Virus record (IMG/VR): IMGVR_UViG_3300030107_007542
Coordinates: 96,001-160,000 of that record
DNA length: 64,000 nucleotides
From: a virus
Reading direction: 5' to 3' (one strand)
Under the pieces are notes generated by a model. That model worked only from the letters and a program-made list of their open reading frames with translations. It ran no database searches and was not told the DNA's origin. Shown piece by piece: positions 11,001-19,298 of the stretch. The number at the start of each line of letters is the position of its first letter. The stretch's first letter is position 1. Made by a program: the position numbers and the translations under genes.

Positions 11001-11226
11001 TAGCTTTTGGTGCACCCTGAGTTAAAGGATAGAACTCTGGTAAATAATATTCTATTAAAGCATTCACCGCAGATTCTTTTAGCGATTCTGGGGTGGGCAT
11101 TTCTTTGGCTCCTCGTTGTAGAGCTGGCTGCACCAATACCGCGTACGCTCCCTTATCCAAATCAAACCATGGGATGAAAGGAGAAAACTTTTGAAATACA
11201 TTTAAGCTGTTAAAGTCGATTGTCAT
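5083..11226 (-). CDS. Very large hypothetical protein, probably virion-associated
   Basis: 2047-aa uninterrupted ORF inside the baseplate module. Largely helical/acidic with scattered Cys; no family recognised. Confidence 0.6.
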   Translation of the reverse strand: MTIDFNSLNVFQKFSPFIPWFDLDKGAYAVLVQPALQRGAKEMPTPESLKESAVNALIEYYLPEFYPLTQGAPKAKPKTSRRSAKKGKRQSKASLSPQPTIPSLPTGATDSYNTIRGQILANLEFIKSDQGAADLDSASPIAPKYYFMTSPGTINFKRIRQGLREYNPQVQEAANATTATIQAAVSGDPCLLPGQTPGVPSYSSGFPSYTEARQYFIEQYYQSDQRNPGGEIIINLGTAAQMTRDLTATLNAYNKQIIRYPAPLKIPLDLEAISTEIRMFVGDLVAAVRRDLNLSGKNSGTLGDDDVLRIQLGPNQNILSATYELDTLDGLEMGALKIGLFSLIKYNRTAKDPWLIETLRNHRRIISDFDVNARGTTGLSSLLEFIQSTYGPLLGLTPAALMTAAAPVRLSSDDGASIEVEFQAPAPPGVNPFLYNSIFQAAESSTKLDVSNPVALAATLSTFLRSEEVAALEVALNDPDAQAALFLENANKTFEAKFPIKQVIDDVIAMVKEAKGISAAVEERRELESKVETAEQDLQAAMDSGDGLRIEDAQRVLDRARADLTRDRTSSREGGGVKQVRDTLEIMDEVLARFGIIELIGEALICLTMGTNFSLDRIKDAINSGLDIAQMIEDYEPPKIPKPLLEIPEFPEIVIPNPITGDPPLWKQIVDMLLEILMELAMDLVSGLAEIIKFNCDNLLNRPEQLGAVDAAQAMKDNLKGGPPITPDMEDLLNNAFDQFGLDQDRGFDYLSAVSAVLTPLEVCRLFNSRADVQDTTIQKIAIFNTTWPEPQIQVLQSRNLVLSFFGALAPLANMETVCNDLINDVDLRAAIENYCLNEADLSPLADQESIQKLASMLNDGIPIDPSSLLPNLLCPEHPQFLANPVIDRVIPSIFNSTVDNVKMQFVYSVEASRATLLEPKVVAGAGGANGGGGNPAVDEALKQLCVHGKVGDDCVDPPKMDTRFLSTLSDIFEEISNVGLNIDPEVCPDVNLNKLGGSLEAFEEMLPIINGIIEDVLAQGGEAQAAIADVNNKIADIKATMDDGGGSPPNVTYVFSRNFYNNFMAMARQTPPEYVEIAGSDKPNNVWRTRTESPGGDQTYYSRMLTDKTNDEYGRLRMQYRFLSKVVPKIDPLNLEFYSNNDIMAGRPPFRMGIPNGLLPGVEQGWLEGIVDDPSFTPLYGAGADPEDAVSGFGTESDFNPYIFNFTYPLQKQLISLADAPLSAANKKYLQNKLQKQVFPTAMNGMVKRIFGYIQRNGIFTLAKLNSLNLFKDNTNCDPAQTGDLLDVRGILAQLKEDFGEAACNDEGDAKDCARDALKMGLINLFIQVYIVEFLIKNIFVVSAFQFEEIFEKPLLRELFMTSMVNQISAKLGEGGAGLDVFLRDRFEKMLNRTRAMAAGGITHSFARDTVVPYLKTGTDMNSLPFSKIIQYLIEERMGFTYEVCGQMVNTMQSINNILSTTGADSSYEDIFIKEVLGIYKAPYGRKNAPMKSGEGRVFFAKYAYWDGISNWEDLSSSEVQVPWHPRELERAQGAWDTSWENAVQDWFAAGGIHVTGHTTHVDWHQATVGARPDGSLPRHVLTLQDILGSSAGGAMPVRTNTAVDFIDLIELTEGTLPIFENLKVGYKLMFNFPHYRGGSSTAENDWDQSNSPFVQSFRSGPVRNLMVKAMNLQGRAVGHDSILDAAQTDLDASNPGAQILGDLLTVDIYAIGDFNPNELEANAASSNSNQALPSASMVTGLATNPNPNNANTGTSMDSRLDKIKRFNRTSPAVHVPRIKEDVEYSRFISQTFNPEMILMVPLLYNLGLTNTFFEGIEDNFNTTKQVILDLFGMMSRTDMAPPVGGPEDSASTALTNSLGSAGESDMGMSAREFIMKMLRETPIKILKGLAEMIDPHVAIWKIVREITGQVFSFVIDAIDQGIDVAVAVQPDESPIKPMLKDLEGEQLLALAFCGLNTMNAEATNALPDPPGPLEAPSLGPKMTTRGVDFTGTIVGLFCMPPSPLGIIYLLLMLLEEGQNNDEVDAESGTGNSQQNAADGQSSNVC

Positions 11227-11228
11227 GA

Positions 11229-12218
11229 TTAATTTGTATTATTGTATCTACTCAAAATAAAACGCTTTCCACGAATTCCGCCCGGGCTCAGCAAATATCG
11301 CGACTTAATTCCAATTGCACCATCTTTGCCATCTAAAAGATCTGAGGTGTAAGCTGGTACTTCCACATTCAATGCAGCATTAACCACACTCTCTAAAATC
11401 CTAGGCATTGCAGTAAAAGAAGGTGAGCCATCTAAGCCATAAAACGGAGATTTATGAGTGTGAGTAAGCAGTTCGGTATTGATCGTTCGTTGATAATCGG
11501 CCATTGCCAGTACACGGTCACGCAATTGATTAACATTATTGATGATGGCATTCAAACATGCCACAAGATTGGCCCCCTTAACTAGGGGCTGCATATCTGT
11601 ATCATCATTCATCCCAATGAGGTCAATGCCATACTGCCCTTGCCAGGTCGTGGCACACTCTCCTCCTTGAGAGTTCTTCGCATCTGTCCGTGTGACAAGC
11701 TTAATATTTTCGCGTGCGATTACACGAATCGTGTCGGCCTTCAGAGCGATCGTAGAGCGCGGGGCGTCCAAAGTTACATTCCCTACAACTCCCTTTGGAA
11801 GATCAAAGTAGGTGGGGTCGTCTACTGCTGCCTTTTGACTGAGATAAATTCGTGCGGCATCTTTCTTAAAATTAGGATTGACACCGATATCTCCCTCGGT
11901 CGTAAGACTTCGCCGCGCTTCAAAACCCATCAGCCCCGCCACTATATCAATTGAGGAACATCTAATATTGCCTTTTCCTCCATAGCCGCTTGCTTTACTA
12001 TGAGTACGATCATATCCTAGTACAATAAGGGAGTTGCCCTTTTTATACACCTTCTCGTTGGAAGTGGCAAGATATTTAGGAGCATCATATTGTCGCCTTG
12101 CGCCGACGCCGCCCATGCCCATCCACCTGCTCTTAAGGCCTCCTGGTAGGTTGTCGAACTCTTCACCAACAGCGGGTGGCATAATTGAACGCCATGCTGC
12201 TTCTACTGTCTTTCCCAT
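11229..12218 (-). CDS. Putative baseplate hub/spike-associated protein
   Basis: 329 aa with IVLGYDR...SGYGGKG...SIDIVAG and C-terminal LTHTH motifs; lies next to the GH19 gene in the baseplate cluster. Function inferred from context. Confidence 0.4.
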   Translation of the reverse strand: MGKTVEAAWRSIMPPAVGEEFDNLPGGLKSRWMGMGGVGARRQYDAPKYLATSNEKVYKKGNSLIVLGYDRTHSKASGYGGKGNIRCSSIDIVAGLMGFEARRSLTTEGDIGVNPNFKKDAARIYLSQKAAVDDPTYFDLPKGVVGNVTLDAPRSTIALKADTIRVIARENIKLVTRTDAKNSQGGECATTWQGQYGIDLIGMNDDTDMQPLVKGANLVACLNAIINNVNQLRDRVLAMADYQRTINTELLTHTHKSPFYGLDGSPSFTAMPRILESVVNAALNVEVPAYTSDLLDGKDGAIGIKSRYLLSPGGIRGKRFILSRYNNTN

Positions 12219-12230
12219 GCCTTGTTCCTT

Positions 12231-13583
12231 CTATTCAAACTTGTAGCTAGCCTTATTGGTTGAATTAATAGCGCGGTCAACTGCCGGGCCTGTTTTACCC
12301 CAGCCAGCATTTGCACGAGCCACAACAATGTTTGCTTCTTCTTGGGTCGTCGCGCTGTTAATGTCGCCTGAAACAGGAGAAGCGCTCATTTTCAGGCGCC
12401 GTACTAGAAAATTAACAGCCGCATGAGAGGCGTGCTCAGGGTTGTTCATTAGATCAGGCGATCCTACAAAATCCACACCTATTCTATCACCTGAATTTTT
12501 GTACGACCCTCGAAACGTTATTTGATTCATGCCTCGGCCGCGATAATCATACCCGTCGCTGGTTCCAGGACGGTTGCCATATTTTTCAAAATTCTTAAAG
12601 TGGCCGCCGTAGATATGGTTAAAAAACTTTTTGTCATCTGCAGCCAGGGCCTTAAGCTCGGTATCATTAAAGTCTTTAACTCGTGACCCAAAGATCTCTC
12701 GAATTCGCCTTACAGAAGCATTCCCATATCCTTTTTCTTCTTGTGGCATTAGCGCCGACTCCTTAGCTATAACACTGAGTAACGCAATCTTCATATATCG
12801 ATTTGTAAGTCCATACTGCGTCATATACCGCTCAATAATTTTAAGATTAGCATTTCGAGTGCCTCTGGCATAGACTCCCTTTCCTTTGATGGGACCAGTG
12901 TCGTCTGCACGTACATTCGAGTTATTAGGCGCCGGTGTGTCAATACCTCCAGAACTGTTATCAGAGGAGCTACCACGAGAACTGTTGGGCGCTGCTGATG
13001 TCCCTAGCTTAAAAGCTTGTTTGGTTGATGGTGGCTGCTGCATAGCAGGCGTTACAAGACCAGGGATATTTTCTCCAATTTCAATAATTTTTGGATCGGC
13101 CAAAGTGTGAGTATTTCCAAAAAAGACTTTCACTTGTGTGCCAGGAGGAATAGCTCCCTGGACCTGGTTAGCTCCGATGTCGACCGGTACCCAAGGCGCC
13201 ATGGTCATGAAATAATTAAACTTATCTTTGTCCTTCCAATCATCGCATTCTAAAAGATTATAAGTCGTTCCCGCTAATCCAGGGATCCATACCTTGTAAA
13301 GATAGTTAAATACTTCAAAACTGGCGCGTTTTGCCGCCGAATAGCGCAACCTGTCGATCATATAGGCAGGAGATGGAGATGTGATTGCCTTGTAAGCAAC
13401 AACAACACCCTCCATCGGATTAGAAAATACTACTTCTTTTTTAAAAGTCTCGCCGCGAAGAGCTTGAGAGATCGCTGTAGAAGGCTTAAGGGTCCGAGGA
13501 TTTCCCACATGACCGGGTGTCTCGACTGTGTTAGCCTCCAGCATAGATTTTTCAACTTTACAAATTAAAGTATCTTCGGCCAT
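12231..13583 (-). CDS. Virion-associated GH19 (chitinase-like lysozyme) peptidoglycan hydrolase with N-terminal OB-like region
   Basis: C-terminal VIAKES...GNRPGTSDGYDYRGRGMNQITFRGSY is the GH19 motif, joined to the N-terminal region by a Ser/Gly-rich linker. Confidence 0.82.
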   Translation of the reverse strand: MAEDTLICKVEKSMLEANTVETPGHVGNPRTLKPSTAISQALRGETFKKEVVFSNPMEGVVVAYKAITSPSPAYMIDRLRYSAAKRASFEVFNYLYKVWIPGLAGTTYNLLECDDWKDKDKFNYFMTMAPWVPVDIGANQVQGAIPPGTQVKVFFGNTHTLADPKIIEIGENIPGLVTPAMQQPPSTKQAFKLGTSAAPNSSRGSSSDNSSGGIDTPAPNNSNVRADDTGPIKGKGVYARGTRNANLKIIERYMTQYGLTNRYMKIALLSVIAKESALMPQEEKGYGNASVRRIREIFGSRVKDFNDTELKALAADDKKFFNHIYGGHFKNFEKYGNRPGTSDGYDYRGRGMNQITFRGSYKNSGDRIGVDFVGSPDLMNNPEHASHAAVNFLVRRLKMSASPVSGDINSATTQEEANIVVARANAGWGKTGPAVDRAINSTNKASYKFE

Positions 13584-13888
13584 CAGTCATCCCCCTGATC
13601 ATTCAGTAGATCAAAAATCTGTTCCTTATCATCGGCACTAAGTCCGATCTGATCAGACTTTTGTTTTTGCAGGAGGGCGGCCAACTTTACCATCTGTTCG
13701 TTGGAGCGCTGTAAATTTTCTACATATTTAGCAGCAATGGATCCCATTTCGCGTCGCGCGGAATCCGATAGCTTCATGTCATTGATGGCATCCATCAGAA
13801 GGGACTTCGCCATGGCCCGATCCTCACGGATATTGGTGGTGGTCTCTTCGATATAGTCGTCTAAATTTAAATTTCGCCGCTTTCCCAT
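13583..13888 (-). CDS. Hypothetical coiled-coil protein
   Basis: 101-aa ORF coupled to both neighbours; heptad-like pattern (ENLQRSNEQMVKLAALL). Confidence 0.65.
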   Translation of the reverse strand: MGKRRNLNLDDYIEETTTNIREDRAMAKSLLMDAINDMKLSDSARREMGSIAAKYVENLQRSNEQMVKLAALLQKQKSDQIGLSADDKEQIFDLLNDQGDD

Positions 13889-14574
13889 TTGTTTTTAAAC
13901 ACCTTATAACGCTTTCTCAATTTATTAAGATTATTCACAACTTGTTTAGTATTAAGTCCGGTAATCTCTCGCAAGTATAAGTAAATAGCTTTTTTGTTGA
14001 AAATTTCTATTTGATCTGCGGAGTCTAAAAGTATGCGCACTGCCATTAAAACCTTTTTTTCGTTTTCCTTTAACATAAACGAATCCCAAGTGCCCATCTC
14101 GCCATGAAACGAAGTCCAAAATTCAATGTCCTGACGCTTTGATTCATAGGTGGGTTCCCGTGAAATAAGATCCTCATCTAACTCATTAACAACGTCCTCT
14201 AGATAAACCTCGGTCCGATTTTGTTTTTGAGTCTTCTTTACTTTGTGGATAAACCAATTTTTCGTAACAACCGAGAAGTATGAAAATGCTTTGGATCCCT
14301 TGGAGGGATCGTACTTGTTGAGAATTGTGGTGAGCCATATCTTACACTCATCTTTTAAAGAATCAATGTTTGGGAGACTGGTAAAGCGATAAGTATAAAT
14401 TATCTTGTCTACCATTTGATCAAAGGCAGGTTGTATGTACTCTATATACAGTTTTGATCGAAGCTCTCGATCTGTTGTACTGGCGTACTTAATAATCGCA
14501 TCTTCATGAACCTTAGTAAAATAATGGTTCTTACTCGATTTCTTGCGGCGTGTACGCCTCTTCGGAGCGGCCAT
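13867..14574 (-). CDS. Putative phage RNA polymerase sigma-like factor
   Basis: DSLKDECKIWLTTILNKYDPSKGSKAFSYFSVVTKNWFI resembles sigma70 region 2.2-2.4; C-terminal YLYLREITGLNTKQVVNNLNKLR is HTH-like (region 4). Confidence 0.6.
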   Translation of the reverse strand: MAAPKRRTRRKKSSKNHYFTKVHEDAIIKYASTTDRELRSKLYIEYIQPAFDQMVDKIIYTYRFTSLPNIDSLKDECKIWLTTILNKYDPSKGSKAFSYFSVVTKNWFIHKVKKTQKQNRTEVYLEDVVNELDEDLISREPTYESKRQDIEFWTSFHGEMGTWDSFMLKENEKKVLMAVRILLDSADQIEIFNKKAIYLYLREITGLNTKQVVNNLNKLRKRYKVFKNKWESGEI

Positions 14575-14869
14575 AAAATTCTTCCTCTTCTTCTTCGTCT
14601 AATGTATATTCAAATGTATCCCTAAACATCTCTATTTCGCTTGTAACGTCCTTAACCCGAAATATCAATTCTTGTATAAGGGGCTCCCCATGATAGCTGT
14701 CCATGCTATATAAACTTTTAGCAAAAGCTTGAAAGTCTTTAGTAACGATAAACAGACTTGTGATATTTTCTGATATGTATAGCAGCTTTTGGAGGAGCCT
14801 TACCACATACCAGATTAGCAGAATGTTTAGAAGTATCGAAAGGACCCCAGCAATAATAAAATTTGTCAT
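14531..14869 (-). CDS. Hypothetical membrane-anchored protein
   Basis: N-terminal hydrophobic helix FIIAGVLSILLNILLIWYVV and an acidic C-terminus. Confidence 0.65.
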   Translation of the reverse strand: MTNFIIAGVLSILLNILLIWYVVRLLQKLLYISENITSLFIVTKDFQAFAKSLYSMDSYHGEPLIQELIFRVKDVTSEIEMFRDTFEYTLDEEEEEEFYGRSEEAYTPQEIE

Positions 14870-15114
14870 CTCTGATCTTCTAATTCTTTCTTCTGTTGGC
14901 GCAACTCATCGCGGGAAGTCTGTATAAACTTCTCCGTGGTGTCGCCTACTTTTTGTTTTCGAAGCTGCTTTTTGTTTGTGCGAAAGGTGGTAAGCTGCTT
15001 TGTAAGCGAACCTTGTGTTTCACACTTAGGACAGTCGTTCACCACTTCATCCGACAGATGTTGGATTGTGATATCAGTGTCACACTTGTCACACCTATAA
15101 GCATACCTCGGCAT
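14866..15114 (-). CDS. FmdB-family zinc-ribbon protein
   Basis: MPRYAYRCDKC...CPKC signature. Confidence 0.85.
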   Translation of the reverse strand: MPRYAYRCDKCDTDITIQHLSDEVVNDCPKCETQGSLTKQLTTFRTNKKQLRKQKVGDTTEKFIQTSRDELRQQKKELEDQR

Positions 15115-15116
15115 CG

Positions 15117-15329
15117 CTATTCCTCTATAGAGGAAATGAGATCGCCTAGCTCAGTGTTTTCTAAACTCACTACAGGAGGGTTAGTAATAACGAGAGCGCT
15201 TTGAGATTGATCCTCGGGATCAACTTGAAAGTTCATCTCTTTCAAAAGCGGTACAATGTCTGTTTGTTCCAATAAGGATTTTTGGAGCGCCATCATGAGG
15301 GCGCCCATGGCTTGGTCGGTAAGTTTCAT
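15117..15329 (-). CDS. Hypothetical protein
   Basis: 70-aa ORF with 4-nt overlap coupling to the upstream gene. Confidence 0.65.
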   Translation of the reverse strand: MKLTDQAMGALMMALQKSLLEQTDIVPLLKEMNFQVDPEDQSQSALVITNPPVVSLENTELGDLISSIEE

Positions 15330-15886
15330 TTCTGCTTTCTCTCTAGCCGCAAAATACGCTCATGAATATCGTGGAGGTGGCTTTCCATATGCCTTGAGTG
15401 CTCTTGAAATGCGGTGCGCAGCATCTGATCTATAACCTCGCGGATCGTCCCTTCCGACAGGGCCGGAGTTGTTGGAGTTGTCTTTTTCTTCATTTTATTA
15501 GTCCCTTCTAATATTTCAGTGGTTGAGTAGGCTCCCACGCGCTCAAAGTAACATACTTCTTTTGCAAACCGTGCTCCTACAATTGGTTTACCCTTCCAGT
15601 CCGAACCCACCACCATATAGGCCGGACGAAAGCGTTTAATACATCTTCCTAATTCTTGTGGTGTTCGAAATATCACCACTTCATCGACGCATCTTAAAGA
15701 GTTTAGCATAGCTTTACGATCTTCTTCAGTATTAAAAGGCCGATCTAAACCCTTATCCTTTTTGACTTTTTGATCTGAATCGATGCCGACCACAAGCCGA
15801 GTGCCCAAAGATTTTGCATATTCCAGCATTTCTATGTGCCCTCGATGAAGAACATCAAAACATCCATTTGTCCATACAGTTGTCAT
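15326..15886 (-). CDS. RfaE/HldE domain II-like sugar-1-phosphate nucleotidyltransferase with a ~55-aa C-terminal extension
   Basis: VWTNGCFDVLHRGH (HxGH), VVGIDSD, VVGSDW, YSTT. Start set at ATG 15886, which overlaps the kinase stop (ATGA). Confidence 0.85.
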   Translation of the reverse strand: MTTVWTNGCFDVLHRGHIEMLEYAKSLGTRLVVGIDSDQKVKKDKGLDRPFNTEEDRKAMLNSLRCVDEVVIFRTPQELGRCIKRFRPAYMVVGSDWKGKPIVGARFAKEVCYFERVGAYSTTEILEGTNKMKKKTTPTTPALSEGTIREVIDQMLRTAFQEHSRHMESHLHDIHERILRLERKQK

Positions 15887-16620
15887 TGGGCTGTGTTGAC
15901 TCCTCGCTTTTGAACCACTTGAGTGGCACATTGATTCGCGTACTCGATTGCCTCACTGATGTCGGGGTTGTGATTATAACTTACAGCAAGAGCTGCCATG
16001 AAGGTGTCTCCCGCTCCCGTAACATCTTTGATCTCCACTTCACTAACTGGGTATGTCACCCCTCCATGAAGGCACCCTTTGGAACCAAGGGTAACAATTA
16101 ATTTTTCCTCAATATCGGGCGTGATGGTGGCTTCTGTTTGTGAAAACTCGTAATTATTTATTTTGATATATTTAATCCCTGCGCAGTACGGGCCCAAGGG
16201 GCGTTTGGTGTCCAGGAAAACCGTATCATGTTGAGAGGCCACATAGGCTATACTTTCTTCTGTCAAGAACCCCTTGCAGTAATCAGATATAACGACAAGG
16301 GCGTATTGTTTGAAATCAATAGCCTTAACATCACAAGGTTCGATAACATCGTCATTGACATCAATGCGAATAAACATCTGATTTGTGTTCTTGTGAATAT
16401 ACCGAGTTTTAATAACATGGGCCCAATTATGGTTTGTTACAATGTCACATTCTGTCCCTAGAGAAACGATGTTTTGTCGGACATTCATAGCCATCCCACA
16501 GTTCTCTACCTGACTAATAGGATTAAACACCGGGGCAGGCGCTTCTGGGCAAAGTCGGTCAACATTGCCATAGCAAAAGACATCCTTACAAGTTTCACCT
16601 ATCACCAATATTTTCTTCAT
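15883..16620 (-). CDS. RfaE/HldE domain I-like PfkB-family heptose-7-phosphate kinase
   Basis: ILVIGE...RLCPEAPAPV, VVISDYCKG and DVTGAGDTF (PfkB signature). Confidence 0.85.
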   Translation of the reverse strand: MKKILVIGETCKDVFCYGNVDRLCPEAPAPVFNPISQVENCGMAMNVRQNIVSLGTECDIVTNHNWAHVIKTRYIHKNTNQMFIRIDVNDDVIEPCDVKAIDFKQYALVVISDYCKGFLTEESIAYVASQHDTVFLDTKRPLGPYCAGIKYIKINNYEFSQTEATITPDIEEKLIVTLGSKGCLHGGVTYPVSEVEIKDVTGAGDTFMAALAVSYNHNPDISEAIEYANQCATQVVQKRGVNTAQ

Positions 16621-16622
16621 TT

Positions 16623-17630
16623 TTACCTTGACAAAAAATTTCGCCCTGAGCTGACGCGGTCACGCCAATAATCTAAAAGATCCTGCATGGTAGTTTCGAA
16701 CGAAATCTCCGGTGTCCATCCCGTATGAGTAGTAAACTTAGTCGTGTCAGGAACTTGCAGGTCGGCATCGATCGGTCGCAAGCGACTTTGCTCTACTTCG
16801 ACCTGAATTCCTTCCATGGTCGAAAGACCAACCAGATGTTTCAGCATATCTCCCACCGTACAGGAGAATGTTCCTCCGATGTTATAATACTCTCCCCCCG
16901 TAGGATTCACTGTAACAAGCATGTGATACGCGCGGACCGCATCTCGGACATCAGACCAAGTCCTAAGAGAGCTTAGATTTCCTACCTTTATAACAGGGGG
17001 CAATTGGCCGGCCTCAATCATTGCAATTTGTTTTGCAAAAGTAGACTCAGCAAAAACGTCTCCGCGGCGAGGGCCGGTGTGAGTAAACATTCGGGTGGTC
17101 ATCACTGTAAGGCCATATGCCTGTGCATAGTAACGACCAATCAGATCTGTACCCACTTTTGAGATTGCATAAGGCGACGCCGGATGAAATGGTACCTCTT
17201 CATGAATCGGCAGATATTCCTTGGGGACTTGGCCGAAGACTTCAGAAGAGGCGCAAACATGAATAATAGGACGACAATCCGACTTTCGGATTGCATCAAG
17301 AAGCTTGGCGGTCCCTAGGATATTAGTGTTAAGTGTGTCGAGGGGCGCCTCGAAACTTGTTTGAGGGTAACTCTGCGCAGCCAAATGGAACACATAATTT
17401 GGTTCTGTCACTTGAATAGTGTAAATCAGCGAAGACAGATCATTGAGATCTCCGTATACCAATTCCACTCGACCCTTTTTGTTGATCTCTGGAAGGAGAT
17501 GGTTCAAATTGTCTAGGTCGTCATTCCACCGCGCTAGGCCATAGATTTTCCAATCAGTATTAGCTATGAGATAGTCGGCCAAATGAGATCCAACCATCCC
17601 GGTAATACCTGTGATTAATGCTGATGTCAT
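16623..17630 (-). CDS. gmd: GDP-mannose 4,6-dehydratase
   Basis: ALITGITGMVG, VFHLAAQS, SSEVFG, PASPYAISK, RMFTHTGPRRG, VGNLSSLRTWSDVRD. Confidence 0.85.
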   Translation of the reverse strand: MTSALITGITGMVGSHLADYLIANTDWKIYGLARWNDDLDNLNHLLPEINKKGRVELVYGDLNDLSSLIYTIQVTEPNYVFHLAAQSYPQTSFEAPLDTLNTNILGTAKLLDAIRKSDCRPIIHVCASSEVFGQVPKEYLPIHEEVPFHPASPYAISKVGTDLIGRYYAQAYGLTVMTTRMFTHTGPRRGDVFAESTFAKQIAMIEAGQLPPVIKVGNLSSLRTWSDVRDAVRAYHMLVTVNPTGGEYYNIGGTFSCTVGDMLKHLVGLSTMEGIQVEVEQSRLRPIDADLQVPDTTKFTTHTGWTPEISFETTMQDLLDYWRDRVSSGRNFLSR

Positions 17631-18580
17631 AGAATGTTCTCCTTATACCAGGCTAATGTGCGTTTAATACCCTCATCGAGTGAGATTTGTGGCGACCATC
17701 CCAATTCGCGCGAAGCTTTTGTGCAATCCAGAAACAAACTTGTTTTGATAGTAGGTTTTGAAAGGTCATGCTTTATAGCGAGGGTGCGGCCTGAGGTGCT
17801 GATTATCTTCTTTACAAGATCCACAACTGGGACGGCTGCTCCTAGGCCCACATTAAATAGCCCAAAAGGTGCTTTTTGGTGGGTTAGGGCTGCGTCAACA
17901 AAATTAACCAAGTCATCAACGTGGAGAAGATCGCGCTCTTCCTCACCTGTACCCCACACATTTACGATACCAGTTTCATTGGTCATCACCTTGGTAACTG
18001 TAGCACCAAAAACATGGCTGCGCTCTAGATCGTACTTGTCGTAAGGACCATACATATTAGAGTGTCGCATCACAGTGTGGGTGGTTCGTCCCAAGCCCGC
18101 ATAGAATTCACACATCTTCTCAATGTAAATCTTTGTGTTCCCTACTCCAAAATAGCGATCAAGAAGTCGCTTATTACCATCGAAGTCTTCCTCTGTGGTT
18201 GGGTCTTCTTTGGGTTGGTACATTACAGTACAACTCGGAAATACAAAATGTTCAACCTCGAAGTCAAAAGCCGCTCTCAAAAGCAGCGAGTTCATAACAG
18301 CATTATCAGTAACATGTATGTATGGTCGATTAACTATATCATTTGCGCCCGACGTAGTGGCCGCAAACTGGAGTATGATGTCAACCCCTTCAGTGACACG
18401 TCGAACATCTGCCTCATTGTTCAGGTCTGCCTTTACCCACTCTACATTGTACTGTGTAAGTGCTGGTCTCTTATTCCAGACTGCGCGTACATGGTAGCGT
18501 TCGTCGTCAACATACCTTTCTAATAGGTTTCGTCCGATAAACCCTGTAGCGCCGCATAACAGTAGTGTCTTCTTACTCAT
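17627..18580 (-). CDS. NAD-dependent epimerase/reductase (GDP-L-fucose synthase-like extended SDR)
   Basis: GATGFIG, FPSCTVMY, NMYGPYD, VWGTGEEERDLLHVDD. Confidence 0.8.
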   Translation of the reverse strand: MSKKTLLLCGATGFIGRNLLERYVDDERYHVRAVWNKRPALTQYNVEWVKADLNNEADVRRVTEGVDIILQFAATTSGANDIVNRPYIHVTDNAVMNSLLLRAAFDFEVEHFVFPSCTVMYQPKEDPTTEEDFDGNKRLLDRYFGVGNTKIYIEKMCEFYAGLGRTTHTVMRHSNMYGPYDKYDLERSHVFGATVTKVMTNETGIVNVWGTGEEERDLLHVDDLVNFVDAALTHQKAPFGLFNVGLGAAVPVVDLVKKIISTSGRTLAIKHDLSKPTIKTSLFLDCTKASRELGWSPQISLDEGIKRTLAWYKENIL

Positions 18581-19298
18581 AATAATTCCTTAAAAACAAC
18601 TCTACCACATCGCTCGAAGTCCGTTCGGGATAAGGGTAAAGATTCTCCACCTCTATAAGATCATTCAAGCTTGTTTCGTATGTATAATGTCCAAATCTTA
18701 CGTTTTTATTATAGTGTTCCGCCAAGTCCAGTAGCCTCACACCCTCAGATGCTACAAAATTGTACGTACCTGATCGGGCAAGGAGTTCATCGTTGGTAAC
18801 TGCTTCTAATATATCATTTTGTAATACATAATTAAAGATTGATTCTGAATGAAGGGTTAATTCCTTCTCCTCCATCAAGCGAATTAAAGAATTCTTTCTC
18901 ATCGTAGGCCCCAAAATAGCTGGTAACCTGAGAATCAATGCGTCGGCCTGTCGCTTTGTGATAAAATCTTCTGCGCAGCGCTTCATGAAGCTATAAGGAG
19001 TAAAAGATCCATATACATCAATACTGGAAAAATACACAAATTTAACGCTATACAAATATAATAAATCTTCGGTTAAGAAAATGTTGTCTTCTATGTATTG
19101 ACTATAATCTGTAACATCTCTTTTGGTATTAAAGGCGGCATGTAATACTACCAAATTTTCAGCCTTTTCAGCAGCATCTAAAATCTCATATTTATTATCA
19201 CGTGAAAGACCAAGAGCCCCGGGAAGGTTTTCATAAAGAAATTTCCCGAGGCCCGATCCTACTCCTGTAATAAGATATGTTTTATTTTCGGAAGGCAT
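18573..19298 (-). CDS. Divergent NAD-dependent epimerase/dehydratase (SDR)
   Basis: YLITGVGSGLG, YFSSIDVYG, YSFMK (YxxxK), ILRLPAILGP. Confidence 0.7.
   Translation of the reverse strand: MPSENKTYLITGVGSGLGKFLYENLPGALGLSRDNKYEILDAAEKAENLVVLHAAFNTKRDVTDYSQYIEDNIFLTEDLLYLYSVKFVYFSSIDVYGSFTPYSFMKRCAEDFITKRQADALILRLPAILGPTMRKNSLIRLMEEKELTLHSESIFNYVLQNDILEAVTNDELLARSGTYNFVASEGVRLLDLAEHYNKNVRFGHYTYETSLNDLIEVENLYPYPERTSSDVVELFLRNYYE

Noticed and set aside
5083-11226. Intein or tape-measure protein in the 2047-aa ORF
   Set aside because: No C1/HN intein termini or LAGLIDADG motifs, and no periodic Trp/Phe tape-measure repeats were seen.
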